From the NCBI GenBank assembly GCA_026014875.1, contig JAOZHO010000033.1, forward strand, positions 13,256-77,255: DNA of 64,000 bases, given 5' to 3'. The DNA comes from Candidatus Bathyarchaeota archaeon (GTDB lineage: Archaea > Thermoproteota > Bathyarchaeia > TCS64). A model generated the notes under the pieces. That model saw only the letters and a program-made list of their open reading frames with translations. It did no database searches and was not told the origin of the DNA. Positions 37,454 to 46,118 of the stretch are shown here, piece after piece; positions within the stretch are counted from its first letter, which is position 1, and each line of letters begins with the position of its first letter. The position numbers and the translations under genes were made by a program.

Positions 37454-38254
37454 TCACTTGGTCGCTTTGACGCTGTACATGAGGGGGAGGTCGTATCCGG
37501 GGAGTCTGCTGTAGCCGTCCTCCCCTGGCTCCATGAAGGCAAACTGAGTGTCGTCGACGCTGAAGGGGTACTCCCCGAGCTCCCGGATAGTGAGGCCGGC
37601 GCCGATGAGGGCGTTAACCACCTCGCTCATGGGATGGGCCCATTCATAGGAGCCCTTGTTTTCCACCTTCGCGTCGGGATCAGCGTAGGAGCCCTCTGCC
37701 TCGTAGTAGTCGGGCTCCTTTCCCTGCCAGTAGCGGTACTTGACCTTGAGCTCCGAGGGAAACTCGTAGTCGAAGACCCACATGAACGGGTGGAATTCGG
37801 CCATGAAGAAGGTGCCCCCGGGTCTGAGGTAGCGGGAGACGATATCCGCCCACGCCTCCATGTCGTGGAGCCAGCAAAGGACCCCGTAGCTGGTGAAGAC
37901 GACGTCGAACTTTCCGTCGAGATGTTTGGGGAAATCGTAGACGTTGCTGCAGATGAACTCGGCATCTACGCCGATCCTTGCGGCGAGGCTCCTAGCGAGC
38001 TCGATGGCGGTTTCGCTGAAGTCGACCCCGGTGACCCGGGCTCCGAGGCGCCCCCAACTCAGCGTGTCCAGGCCGAAGTGGCACTGGAGATGGAGAAGGG
38101 ACTTCCCTGAGACGTCCCCCAGGGCCTCGAGCTCGATACTGTGGAGGCTGTTCTTACCGGCGATGAACCCATCCAGATCGTACTCGTCCGACTTTACGTG
38201 GATGCCGACCAGCTCGTTCCAACGCCGCTTGTTCACGGTGTAGTACTTCTCCAT
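37454..38254 (-). CDS. Class I SAM-dependent methyltransferase (island copy)
   Basis: LLHLQCHFGLDTLS, GVDFS, FDVVFTSYG, LRPGG..F..EFHP; close paralog of 45150-45950. Confidence 0.92.
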   Translation of the reverse strand: MEKYYTVNKRRWNELVGIHVKSDEYDLDGFIAGKNSLHSIELEALGDVSGKSLLHLQCHFGLDTLSWGRLGARVTGVDFSETAIELARSLAARIGVDAEFICSNVYDFPKHLDGKFDVVFTSYGVLCWLHDMEAWADIVSRYLRPGGTFFMAEFHPFMWVFDYEFPSELKVKYRYWQGKEPDYYEAEGSYADPDAKVENKGSYEWAHPMSEVVNALIGAGLTIRELGEYPFSVDDTQFAFMEPGEDGYSRLPGYDLPLMYSVKATK

Positions 38255-38376
38255 GGACACCCCTCTTCCGAGTTGATACGCTATCTGACTTCGACCTTAT
38301 TAATCGGGATGTATTGAGAAACGAGCCGCGCGCGCAGGTAAATGAGATGCAATAAAACGCGCGCGTTCCCAAAATG

Positions 38377-38424
38377 TCATAGGTGCTTTTCTACCTCAAG
38401 TTGAAAGCCCGCCCGAGGCTCCAT
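38377..38424 (+). repeat. att-like repeat marking the right end of the island
   Basis: GTGCTTTTCTACCTCAAGTTGAAAG-CCCGCCCGAGGCTCCAT, core 16/17 to the tRNA-Thr end. Confidence 0.9.
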
Positions 38425-38572
38425 AATCAGTGAGCATCCGGATTAGGCGTACTTATGCACGGTAGAATAGGATTAGGAACTCAAGATCACGGGCCTCGAG
38501 ACGGGCACGTCGAAAAAGGTTTTAAAATGGGGGCAATGGATAACGCCACGTGACGAACTCGGGGGTTGCTGC

Positions 38573-39580
38573 TTGCTAGATCTGGACGCACTGAAGAAGG
38601 GAGGAATCTCCGTCCAGGAGGCGGAGAACATCCTGTCCCTCGACGGCCTCCCCCAGACCATACTGGACATCGCAGGCTCTCTCAGGGATGAACGCCTCGG
38701 GCGGGAGCTCCGGTTCCACATCCCCCAGCCCCGGTTCCCCAGCGTCTCAGTCACCGGCGCCAAGTGCGCCCTGAGATGCGAGCACTGCGGAGGCCACTTC
38801 CTCACCGGGATGGAGAACACCGACACCCCGGAGAAGCTCAAAGGCTTCTGCTCCAGGCTCGACGCCGAGGGAGGAGTCGGAGTCCTCGTGAGCGGCGGCT
38901 CGGACCCCCGGGGCCGTGTCCCCCTCGAAGGATTCCTCGACGCAATCACATGGGTGAAGGAGAACACCTCACTCATAGTCAACCTCCACACCGGGCTCCT
39001 GGACCCCCGGCAAGCGGAGGCCATAGCCTCCACCGGGGCCGACATTGTCTCCACGGACGTCGTGGGGAGCGACGACACCATCAAACGGGTCTACGGGCTG
39101 GACGCAACCGTCGAAGACTACGCCGAGACCCTGATCAATCTGAGAGACGCCCGGGCGCCCCACATCGTCCCCCACGTCTGCGCAGGGCTGGACTTCGGGG
39201 AGATCAAGGGAGAGGCCAGAGCCCTGGAGATCATGAAGGACATCGACCCCGAGACCATCGTCATCCTCGCCCTGATCCCGACGAAGGGGACGGGCATGGA
39301 GGACGTGACGCCCCCCTCCGTCGAGGCAATCGCCAAGACAGTGGCCGCGGCGAGGCTGATGCACGGCGACGCCAGCGTCGCCATGGGGTGCATGCGCCCC
39401 AGAACCGAGAAGCCCCTGGGGGAGAGGCTCGCACTCATGGCCGGCGCCGACAGGATCGTCCTCCCCTCCAGATCCACGGTGGAGTACGCCCTCAGAGAAG
39501 GATTCACTGTGAAGCACCTGGACGGCTGCTGCGCCATACCCAAAGGGCTAGAACACCTCGCCCTGAGGGATGAGCCCTAG
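38573..39580 (+). CDS. lipS1: Radical SAM lipoyl synthase subunit, LipS1-like
   Basis: CALRCEHC, GCMRP and C-terminal GCC motifs as in Thermococcus LipS1; next to a lipoate ligase. Confidence 0.78.
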   Translation: MLDLDALKKGGISVQEAENILSLDGLPQTILDIAGSLRDERLGRELRFHIPQPRFPSVSVTGAKCALRCEHCGGHFLTGMENTDTPEKLKGFCSRLDAEGGVGVLVSGGSDPRGRVPLEGFLDAITWVKENTSLIVNLHTGLLDPRQAEAIASTGADIVSTDVVGSDDTIKRVYGLDATVEDYAETLINLRDARAPHIVPHVCAGLDFGEIKGEARALEIMKDIDPETIVILALIPTKGTGMEDVTPPSVEAIAKTVAAARLMHGDASVAMGCMRPRTEKPLGERLALMAGADRIVLPSRSTVEYALREGFTVKHLDGCCAIPKGLEHLALRDEP

Positions 39581-39602
39581 CAGCTAGGCGAAGCGACTCC
39601 AT

Positions 39603-40439
39603 CTATCTGACGTGGGTCCACTCGTCCCCGGTGTATCGCGACATCAAACCCTCGGCCGCTTCACGCTCGAACGGGGACAGCTCCCCCGGCGTGAACCCGA
39701 GATTCAATGCTCTCCCGAATCCCCGGGTCAGAGCCTCGACAGCTTCATCGAAGGGCACCACTCGACCCACCACCTCGTCCAAAGCTATCGCTCTCTCCAG
39801 GAGTTTACCCCGGAGCGCAACCCTGTCCGGCTCCGGCAAGACCAGAACGTCGACGAGGCGCGACACGTCCCCCTCCAACGGCAATGCGCCATGCTGCAGA
39901 ACCACCCCGTTCCTGCGAACCTGGGCGCTCCCGACGAGCTTCCGCCCGTACGCCGTCACCTCGTAATGAGAGGGCACGTCGAAACAGGCCGCCGATTTCT
40001 CGGACCCGCCATCGGTTTCCATGCGGTCCGCCTGGACGACGCCGCCATGGAGTGTCCTGAGCCCCTCGACCAGCCCCAGGCTCAGCCTGCGATACGACGT
40101 TATGATGTCACCTGCCACCCGGGCCTCCCCCTGGGGAGCCACGATGCTGTAGGTCAGCTCGTCGATGTGGAGTATCGCCCGGCCCCCGGTGGGGCGCCGC
40201 ACCCAGGTGTACCCCCGCTCCCGGCACCTGTCCAGGTCGACCTCCTTGCGGACCGATTGAGAGTACCCCACGGAGACGCAGGGAGGAGCCCATCCGTAGA
40301 ACCTCAGCGTGGGCGGGGACCTGTTCTCGGCCACCGACCGCATGAGGGCCTCGTCGATGGCCATGTTGACGGCGCCGTCGGAGACCCCCGTGTTGACCAG
40401 CCGCCAAGTCGCATGCGGTAGGTTGCTTGGGTCTTCCAT
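39603..40439 (-). CDS. Lipoate-protein ligase / octanoyltransferase (LplA/LipM family)
   Basis: NMAIDEAL, PTLRFYGW, VRRPTGGRAILH, KLVGSAQ, LQHG. Confidence 0.92.
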   Translation of the reverse strand: MEDPSNLPHATWRLVNTGVSDGAVNMAIDEALMRSVAENRSPPTLRFYGWAPPCVSVGYSQSVRKEVDLDRCRERGYTWVRRPTGGRAILHIDELTYSIVAPQGEARVAGDIITSYRRLSLGLVEGLRTLHGGVVQADRMETDGGSEKSAACFDVPSHYEVTAYGRKLVGSAQVRRNGVVLQHGALPLEGDVSRLVDVLVLPEPDRVALRGKLLERAIALDEVVGRVVPFDEAVEALTRGFGRALNLGFTPGELSPFEREAAEGLMSRYTGDEWTHVR

Positions 40440-40453
40440 GATGTGGACGCCTC

Positions 40454-41455
40454 CTATTTTCTCCTATCCCTCAATCCCAACCGCTCGGCCTCCCTCGCCG
40501 CCTCCTCCGGGGTGAGGCTCCTGGGATAGTTGAATAATGGACCCGAGGGCCTCTCGTTGTAGAAGGGCCTGTTGCACCCGGGGCAGCCGCTGGTGCAGAA
40601 AGCATCACCTTTCCCGAGGGCCCCCGCGAGGACGCCGGGATCGGCTCCGAAGCCGACGATGGCGCCCCCGTCGTCGAACTCCATGTCCCCGGATCGGGCG
40701 TGCCTGAGGGTGATCAGGTGCCTGGCGGTCTGGACCCGCCTGTATGAGTCCAGGGGGGGCTGGGGATGGCCCTGGAGGTTGGTGCCCCGGATCGGGGTGA
40801 AGGCGAAGAGGGCGGTCTGGACGCCCATGTCCATCAGCGCCTGGATGAAGTTTGCGGCCTCCTCCTCGGTCTCCCCGATGCCGATGATCAGATTCGACAT
40901 CACCCTGCCCCGCCCGAATAGCTCCACCGCCTCCCCCAGCGCCTCCATGTGATCGTCCCAGCTGAAGGGGCCCCCCACCTCCGATCCCTTCACCTTGTCG
41001 AAGAGCACGGAAGTCGCCCCGTCTAGGGGGATGCCTATGCGGTCCAGGCCCGCCTCCTTCAGCTTCCGCATCTGCTCCCCGGTGAGGGGGCACGTGTCGA
41101 GGGAGACAGGGGTATCGGTGGCGGCCCCTATTCCCCGGAGGAGGGCGTGGACGTCCTCGAAGAAGCCGGGGTAGTTGACGGCCTGGATGCAGACGCGCCT
41201 CAGCTCCCGTTCCGGCGCACGGCCCAGGGCCTCCATGACATCGGTGCTGGGGTACGTGGGCCAGAGGACCCGGGATAGGCGGGACTTGTCGGTAGGACTC
41301 TCCCTGGCCTGGGGGCAGAAGGTGCAGTTGCCCACGCATCCGTCCTCGGTGTGGGTCATGAGGTAGGCAGTGGTAGGCTTAACCTTGAGCATTATATTGT
41401 CCAGCCCCAGCAGCCCCACGGTGCCGGTGCTCACCCTCACCTTCTCCGGTATCAT
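40454..41455 (-). CDS. lipS2: Radical SAM lipoyl synthase subunit, LipS2-like
   Basis: CVGNCTFCPQAR, LSRVLWP, TSGCPGCNRP motif. Confidence 0.8.
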   Translation of the reverse strand: MIPEKVRVSTGTVGLLGLDNIMLKVKPTTAYLMTHTEDGCVGNCTFCPQARESPTDKSRLSRVLWPTYPSTDVMEALGRAPERELRRVCIQAVNYPGFFEDVHALLRGIGAATDTPVSLDTCPLTGEQMRKLKEAGLDRIGIPLDGATSVLFDKVKGSEVGGPFSWDDHMEALGEAVELFGRGRVMSNLIIGIGETEEEAANFIQALMDMGVQTALFAFTPIRGTNLQGHPQPPLDSYRRVQTARHLITLRHARSGDMEFDDGGAIVGFGADPGVLAGALGKGDAFCTSGCPGCNRPFYNERPSGPLFNYPRSLTPEEAAREAERLGLRDRRK

Positions 41456-41645
41456 CCTCTTTACCCAGGCGATTCAGGAAATATCCGAGCCCAGGGATAT
41501 ATACATCTTTACTCCCGGAGGGGGTAAAGGTCGCGCCCGTCAAATTCTAGGAGGCCATGTTTCTCGTCCACATTTCAACCTTCGGCAGGGGATACTATTA
41601 TTTTGAGTATACCGGCATATGTCATGCTGTAGAGAAGGGAGTCAT

Positions 41646-42833
41646 TTGACATTTAGATACAAGAGCAAGGCCCTGGAGAGGCTGGGCGTGAGGTCCTGGA
41701 TCAACGCGAAGAACTGGGCCACGGTCATCGGGGGCACCTGGTTGGACGACCGGGTTCTGGAGGCCATGGACGAGGTGGCCAAGACATTCGTCGACATGTA
41801 CGAGCTGATATCCAAGGTGGACGAGAGGATAGCTGAGCTCTGCCACGTCGAGGAGGCCCACATCTCAACGGGGAGCGGCGCATGCATGGGCCTCGCAGTC
41901 GCCGGCTGCATGGCTGGAACCGACTACTCGAAGTGGATGAGGCTGCCCCACACGGAGGGGATGAGGAACGAGGTCGTGATGGCGCGGGGGCACAACATCG
42001 CCTACACGCCCCAGTGGACCGCCTCCGGGGCCCGGGTCGTGGAGTACGGCCAGGCGGGGTCCCTCGGGCCCTTCACTCGGGAGCTTGAGGCTGCCATAGG
42101 TGAGGACACATGCTGCGTGGCCCATACCCTCTCATATAACGTCGTTCCCCGGGGGTTCATCCCCCTAGACTCGGTCGTGGAGGCAGCTCATGGTCACGAC
42201 CTCCCCGTTGTGGTGGACGCCGCGTCCATGCTTCCCCCCGTCGGGAATCTTCACAAGTTCGTGGACGAGGGCGCCGACATCGTGATCTTCAGCGGCGGCA
42301 AAGCCATCAAGGCTCCCAACAACACCGGGATGATGCTTGGAAACGGCAGGGGGGCTGAGATCATCAGGGCGGTCAGGGAGCATTCTTTCCCTAACTCGGG
42401 CTGGGGGAGGGGCTTCAAGGTCAGCAAGGAGCAGATAGTGGGCCTCGTCACGGCCCTGGAGATATTCGTCGAGGAGGGGGACTCCTTCTACGCTGAGCAG
42501 ATGAGGGTGGTCGAGAGCATCGCGGAGGAGCTCAGGGGCCTCCCCGGCATAGAAGTCCGAATACTGCCCAACGACGAGTCCTTCCATGAGCACGTCTACT
42601 ACCCCCACGTCCCAAGGGTCCTCCTGGAGTGGGGCCCAGAGCTCGGGTTCACGGGCGTGGACGTCGACGAGGCGATGGCGAAGGAGGATCCACCAATCTT
42701 CCTGAGGAGCGGGAAGTACTATAGCTACTTCACGAAAAAGGAGTGGCGCCAGGTCGACCCCTACTACCTCAGGGACGGTGAATGGCAGATCGTCGCTCAG
42801 AGGCTTCGACGTGTACTAGAAGAATTGACTTGA
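41646..42833 (+). CDS. SelA/DgaE-like PLP-dependent enzyme
   Basis: LGVRSWINA, VDAAS, FSGGKAI (PLP Lys), GRGFKVSKE. Confidence 0.8.
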   Translation: MTFRYKSKALERLGVRSWINAKNWATVIGGTWLDDRVLEAMDEVAKTFVDMYELISKVDERIAELCHVEEAHISTGSGACMGLAVAGCMAGTDYSKWMRLPHTEGMRNEVVMARGHNIAYTPQWTASGARVVEYGQAGSLGPFTRELEAAIGEDTCCVAHTLSYNVVPRGFIPLDSVVEAAHGHDLPVVVDAASMLPPVGNLHKFVDEGADIVIFSGGKAIKAPNNTGMMLGNGRGAEIIRAVREHSFPNSGWGRGFKVSKEQIVGLVTALEIFVEEGDSFYAEQMRVVESIAEELRGLPGIEVRILPNDESFHEHVYYPHVPRVLLEWGPELGFTGVDVDEAMAKEDPPIFLRSGKYYSYFTKKEWRQVDPYYLRDGEWQIVAQRLRRVLEELT

Positions 42834-43020
42834 GCCTCGCCCCCAAGTCGAGTACCCGTAGAGCCGAGCAGAATCTAGGCGTTACAGAGTGTAATGCCAT
42901 GAGAGAGTATCCAGATCAAGCCCCGACTTCACCCGAACGAAGATATCCCACGGCGTCGAATTCCCAATGATAAAATAATCTGATGCAAAAGGGTACTTGT
43001 CGAACCTTCTAGTTGATGGC

Positions 43021-43128
43021 ATGAACCTTGGAACCATCATAGGCCTCGTCACCGCCTTCATCATACTTCTGCTACTATTCATTTTCAGCGTGATAGCCTG
43101 GGAACTGTTCAGACGCGACTTCGATTGA
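43021..43128 (+). CDS. 35-aa single-TM microprotein (putative)
   Basis: MNLGTIIGLVTAFIILLLLFIFSVIAWELFRRDFD*. Confidence 0.5.
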   Translation: MNLGTIIGLVTAFIILLLLFIFSVIAWELFRRDFD

Positions 43129-43166
43129 CGGGAATACGCTTGTCAGAGAGGTCGCGCCCATCCGTT

Positions 43167-44360
43167 CTAGGAGACCATGTTCCTGGGCTCTTGGATGAAG
43201 AAGGCCGGGACCAGGGAGATGAGCGTCATCGCCGCGATGTATGTGAAGCCCCAGTTGAAGCTGTAGAACTCGACGATGTAACCGAAGATCGCGCTGGAGA
43301 AGGAGGCGATGGTGAACCCTATGGTGAAGTAGAACCCGAAGATCTGGTCCAACTGGGTCCGTTCCACGCTGTCGCTTAAAACGCTCTGCACCACCACGGT
43401 CTGCACCAGGAATCCTATGGCGAAGAGGAGCGCTGCGAGGGCCCAGAACCCCGTCACGTAGTTCAGGAGGAAGTAGCCCAGGCCGCTCATCGCGGTTACC
43501 CCGATGATTAGGGGCTTGCGGTTCACCCTGTCGGAGACGTTCCCCCAGAAAAAGGGACCGAAGATGCCCCCCGCGAGCAATATGCTGTAGAGGAGGCCGC
43601 TCTTCTCAGCGGTGAAGCCCAAGATGTCGATGAAGTAGAGGGGGAGGAAGGCCCGGACCCCCATCCTGAAGGCCATTACGCTCCGGAGGACGCTGATGGA
43701 GAGCACGTTCCGGTTCCTCAACGCCTCCCGGAGACTGGCCCAGGAAAGGGAGTCCCTAGTCTTCGCCTCCGAGGAGCTCGACCCCTTTACGAAGAAAATG
43801 AGGATCAGTGAGAACACGAGAGCGGGGAGGGAGAGGATCGCTAAGGCCGGCCTCCAGCCCATCAACGTCAGCATATACGCCGTTATGAGGGGGGTGAACG
43901 TGAACGCCAAGGAGGGAATAGACTGGTTGAGCCCCAGCATCCGCCCCCGCTTCGAGGGATCGGTCGCCGAGGTGACCAAGGAGGCGCCCACGGGGTGCTG
44001 GGGGCTGCTCCCGATACCCCCGAGGATCCTGAACCCGAAGAACTGGAGGAAGCCCCGGCTCATCCCGGCCAGGATGTTCATCACCGCGTTGATCAGGTTA
44101 CCGACGCCGAGGAGCATCCTTCCGCTGGTCCAGCGCCGAAGGTACCCGACGAACATCTGGGGGAACCCGGTCGCGAAGGTGTTGGCGGACCGGAGGAGGC
44201 CCAGCTGGGAGTAGGAGAGCGAGAACTCGGCCATGATCTCGGGGTAGAGCATGGGCATCGCCCCGCTGATCATGTGGTTCAGCATGTGCAGTATGATCGC
44301 GACCCAGACCATGAGCGATGACTGTTTATCCTTCTTTTCGGGTGTATCCACATCGATCAA
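43167..44360 (-). CDS. MFS transporter
   Basis: About 12 hydrophobic segments, HPVG, KRGRMLG, WGNVSDRVNRK; start uncertain. Confidence 0.88.
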   Translation of the reverse strand: MIDVDTPEKKDKQSSLMVWVAIILHMLNHMISGAMPMLYPEIMAEFSLSYSQLGLLRSANTFATGFPQMFVGYLRRWTSGRMLLGVGNLINAVMNILAGMSRGFLQFFGFRILGGIGSSPQHPVGASLVTSATDPSKRGRMLGLNQSIPSLAFTFTPLITAYMLTLMGWRPALAILSLPALVFSLILIFFVKGSSSSEAKTRDSLSWASLREALRNRNVLSISVLRSVMAFRMGVRAFLPLYFIDILGFTAEKSGLLYSILLAGGIFGPFFWGNVSDRVNRKPLIIGVTAMSGLGYFLLNYVTGFWALAALLFAIGFLVQTVVVQSVLSDSVERTQLDQIFGFYFTIGFTIASFSSAIFGYIVEFYSFNWGFTYIAAMTLISLVPAFFIQEPRNMVS

Positions 44361-44492
44361 TCCGAATAGAGGAGAGAGATACAGCAGGCCCCATATATGG
44401 TTAGCTGTCCGGTTCGCCGGGTCACAGGCTCGAGACCTCGGGCAAGGATATTGGATCAGGTTTAGAGGAAACACCTGAACAGGATCATGGCG

Positions 44493-45050
44493 TCACAGCT
44501 TCACGCTGATCTCGATACCATCCGACCCGCTCCTATGGAAAGTGCTCTCGTATTTTCCCGAGTCCCTCACGTGACCCAGGTAGCCCCTCATCGATCTCGA
44601 CATGAAGCCAACGTTGTCCGCGACCACCACTCCCCCGCTGCGAAGTTTATCCTCGACGAGCCGGAGATAGTCGAGGTACTGGTGCTTCGCGGCGTCCAGG
44701 AAGACCATGTCGAAGGAGCCTTCCAGGGTCGGGATGATCTCCAGGGCGTCCCCCACCAGAACTTTAATTATGGCGGTCAGCTCGGCCCGGGAGATGTTGG
44801 CCCTCGCCTGCTCGGCCTCGTCCCTGTCGTACTCGATGGTGACGATCTCCGAGCCCTCCCCGAGCTCTCTCCCCATGAGTATCGCGGAGTAGCCCACGAG
44901 GGTGCCCACCTCCAGGATGCGCCTCGGCCGGTATCTACGCACAGCCTCGATGAGAACCCGCCCCCGGCTGGGCCCGATTATGGGGAGATACCGACCATGG
45001 GCTGACCTCTCGATCTCCTCGAGGATCTCATCGGCCTTGCTCTGCGCCAT
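44493..45050 (-). CDS. O-methyltransferase (Methyltransf_3 family)
   Basis: ILEVGTLVGYSA, FDMVFLDAAK..Y, GGVVVADN. Confidence 0.9.
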   Translation of the reverse strand: MAQSKADEILEEIERSAHGRYLPIIGPSRGRVLIEAVRRYRPRRILEVGTLVGYSAILMGRELGEGSEIVTIEYDRDEAEQARANISRAELTAIIKVLVGDALEIIPTLEGSFDMVFLDAAKHQYLDYLRLVEDKLRSGGVVVADNVGFMSRSMRGYLGHVRDSGKYESTFHRSGSDGIEISVKL

Positions 45051-45149
45051 CAGGTCCGGGTTTCCCGGGGGCCCGGATAAGGGTTATGCGGCCTCTTGTT
45101 TCTATCAGGGGGTGTTGAGTGCGACAGGGCCCTAAACGGTGCTGGAGGG

Positions 45150-45950
45150 TCACTTCGTCGCCTTGATACTGTACATGAGGGGGAGGTCGTACCCGGGGAG
45201 CCTGCTGTAGCCGTCCTTTCCGTTCTCCATGAAGGCCATCTGAGTGCCGTTGACGCTGAAGGGGTACTCCCCGAGCTCCCGGATTGTGAGGCCTGCGCCG
45301 ATGAGGGTGTTCACCACCTCGCTCATGGGATGAGCCCAGTTGTACATCCCCCGGTTCTCCACCTTGGCGTCCTGATCGGCGTATGTGCCCTCGGACTCGT
45401 AATAGTCGGGCTCCTCCCCCTGCCAGTAGCCGTACTTGATCACGAGCTCCGAGGGATGCTCGTCATCGAAGACCCACATGAAAGGGTGGAACTCGGCGAC
45501 GAAGAATGTGCCCCCGGGCCTGAGGAAGCGGGAGACTATTCGCGCCCACTCCCCCATGTCGGGGAGCCAGCAGAGGGCCCCGTAGCTAGTGAAGACTATG
45601 TCGAACTCGGCGTCGAGGCGCTCGGGGAGATCGTAGACGTTGCTGCAGATGAACTCGGCGTCGACGCCTATCCTCTTAGCGATCTCCTGCGCCAGCTCGA
45701 CAGCCGGCTCGTTGAAGTCGACACCGGTCACCTTCGCTCCCAGCCGGGCCCAGCTCAAAGTATCCAAGCCAAAGTGGCACTGGAGGTGGAGAAGGGACTT
45801 CCCGGAGACGTCCCCCAGGGCCTCGAGTTCGATGCTGTGAAGACTGTTCTTGCCAGCGATGAACCCATCCAGATCGTACTCGTCCGACTTTGCGTGGATA
45901 CCGACCAGCTCGTTCCAGCGCCGCTTGTTCATGATGTAATATTTCTCCAT
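45150..45950 (-). CDS. Class I SAM-dependent methyltransferase (chromosomal copy)
   Basis: LLHLQCHFGLDTLS; close paralog of 37454-38254. Confidence 0.92.
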   Translation of the reverse strand: MEKYYIMNKRRWNELVGIHAKSDEYDLDGFIAGKNSLHSIELEALGDVSGKSLLHLQCHFGLDTLSWARLGAKVTGVDFNEPAVELAQEIAKRIGVDAEFICSNVYDLPERLDAEFDIVFTSYGALCWLPDMGEWARIVSRFLRPGGTFFVAEFHPFMWVFDDEHPSELVIKYGYWQGEEPDYYESEGTYADQDAKVENRGMYNWAHPMSEVVNTLIGAGLTIRELGEYPFSVNGTQMAFMENGKDGYSRLPGYDLPLMYSIKATK

Positions 45951-46118
45951 GGAGCCACTTCTTCGATACCGTATCCTAAGCGCATAGCCCTTATTAATCG
46001 AGACAGCGTGGGACCCGAGTCACCGCGTAGAGCCCCCCGGGGTTGTCATTCACAACCACCAGCGGGCGCATGAAAGAACTCGAAAGAACCATAAGCCCAG
46101 AGAAACGTGGATCCCCCC

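Larger units (their letters stand above)
26139..38424. mobile_element. tRNA-Thr-anchored accessory island / tandem cassette array with no integrase inside
   Basis: Bounded and subdivided by direct repeats of the tRNA-Thr 3' end; mosaic GC content, accessory cargo, gene fragments. Confidence 0.8.

Noticed and set aside
26139-38424. CRISPR array interpretation of the repeats
   Set aside because: Spacing is kilobases and irregular, the repeats derive from a tRNA end, and there are no cas genes.
41646-42833. Selenocysteine synthase / Sec system
   Set aside because: SelA-fold only; no selB, selD or tRNA-Sec nearby, and archaea use SepSecS.
42850-42990. Possible minus-strand gene remnant (IGNSTPWDIFVRVKSGLDL)
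   Set aside because: It looks protein-like but is too short to assign without a search.
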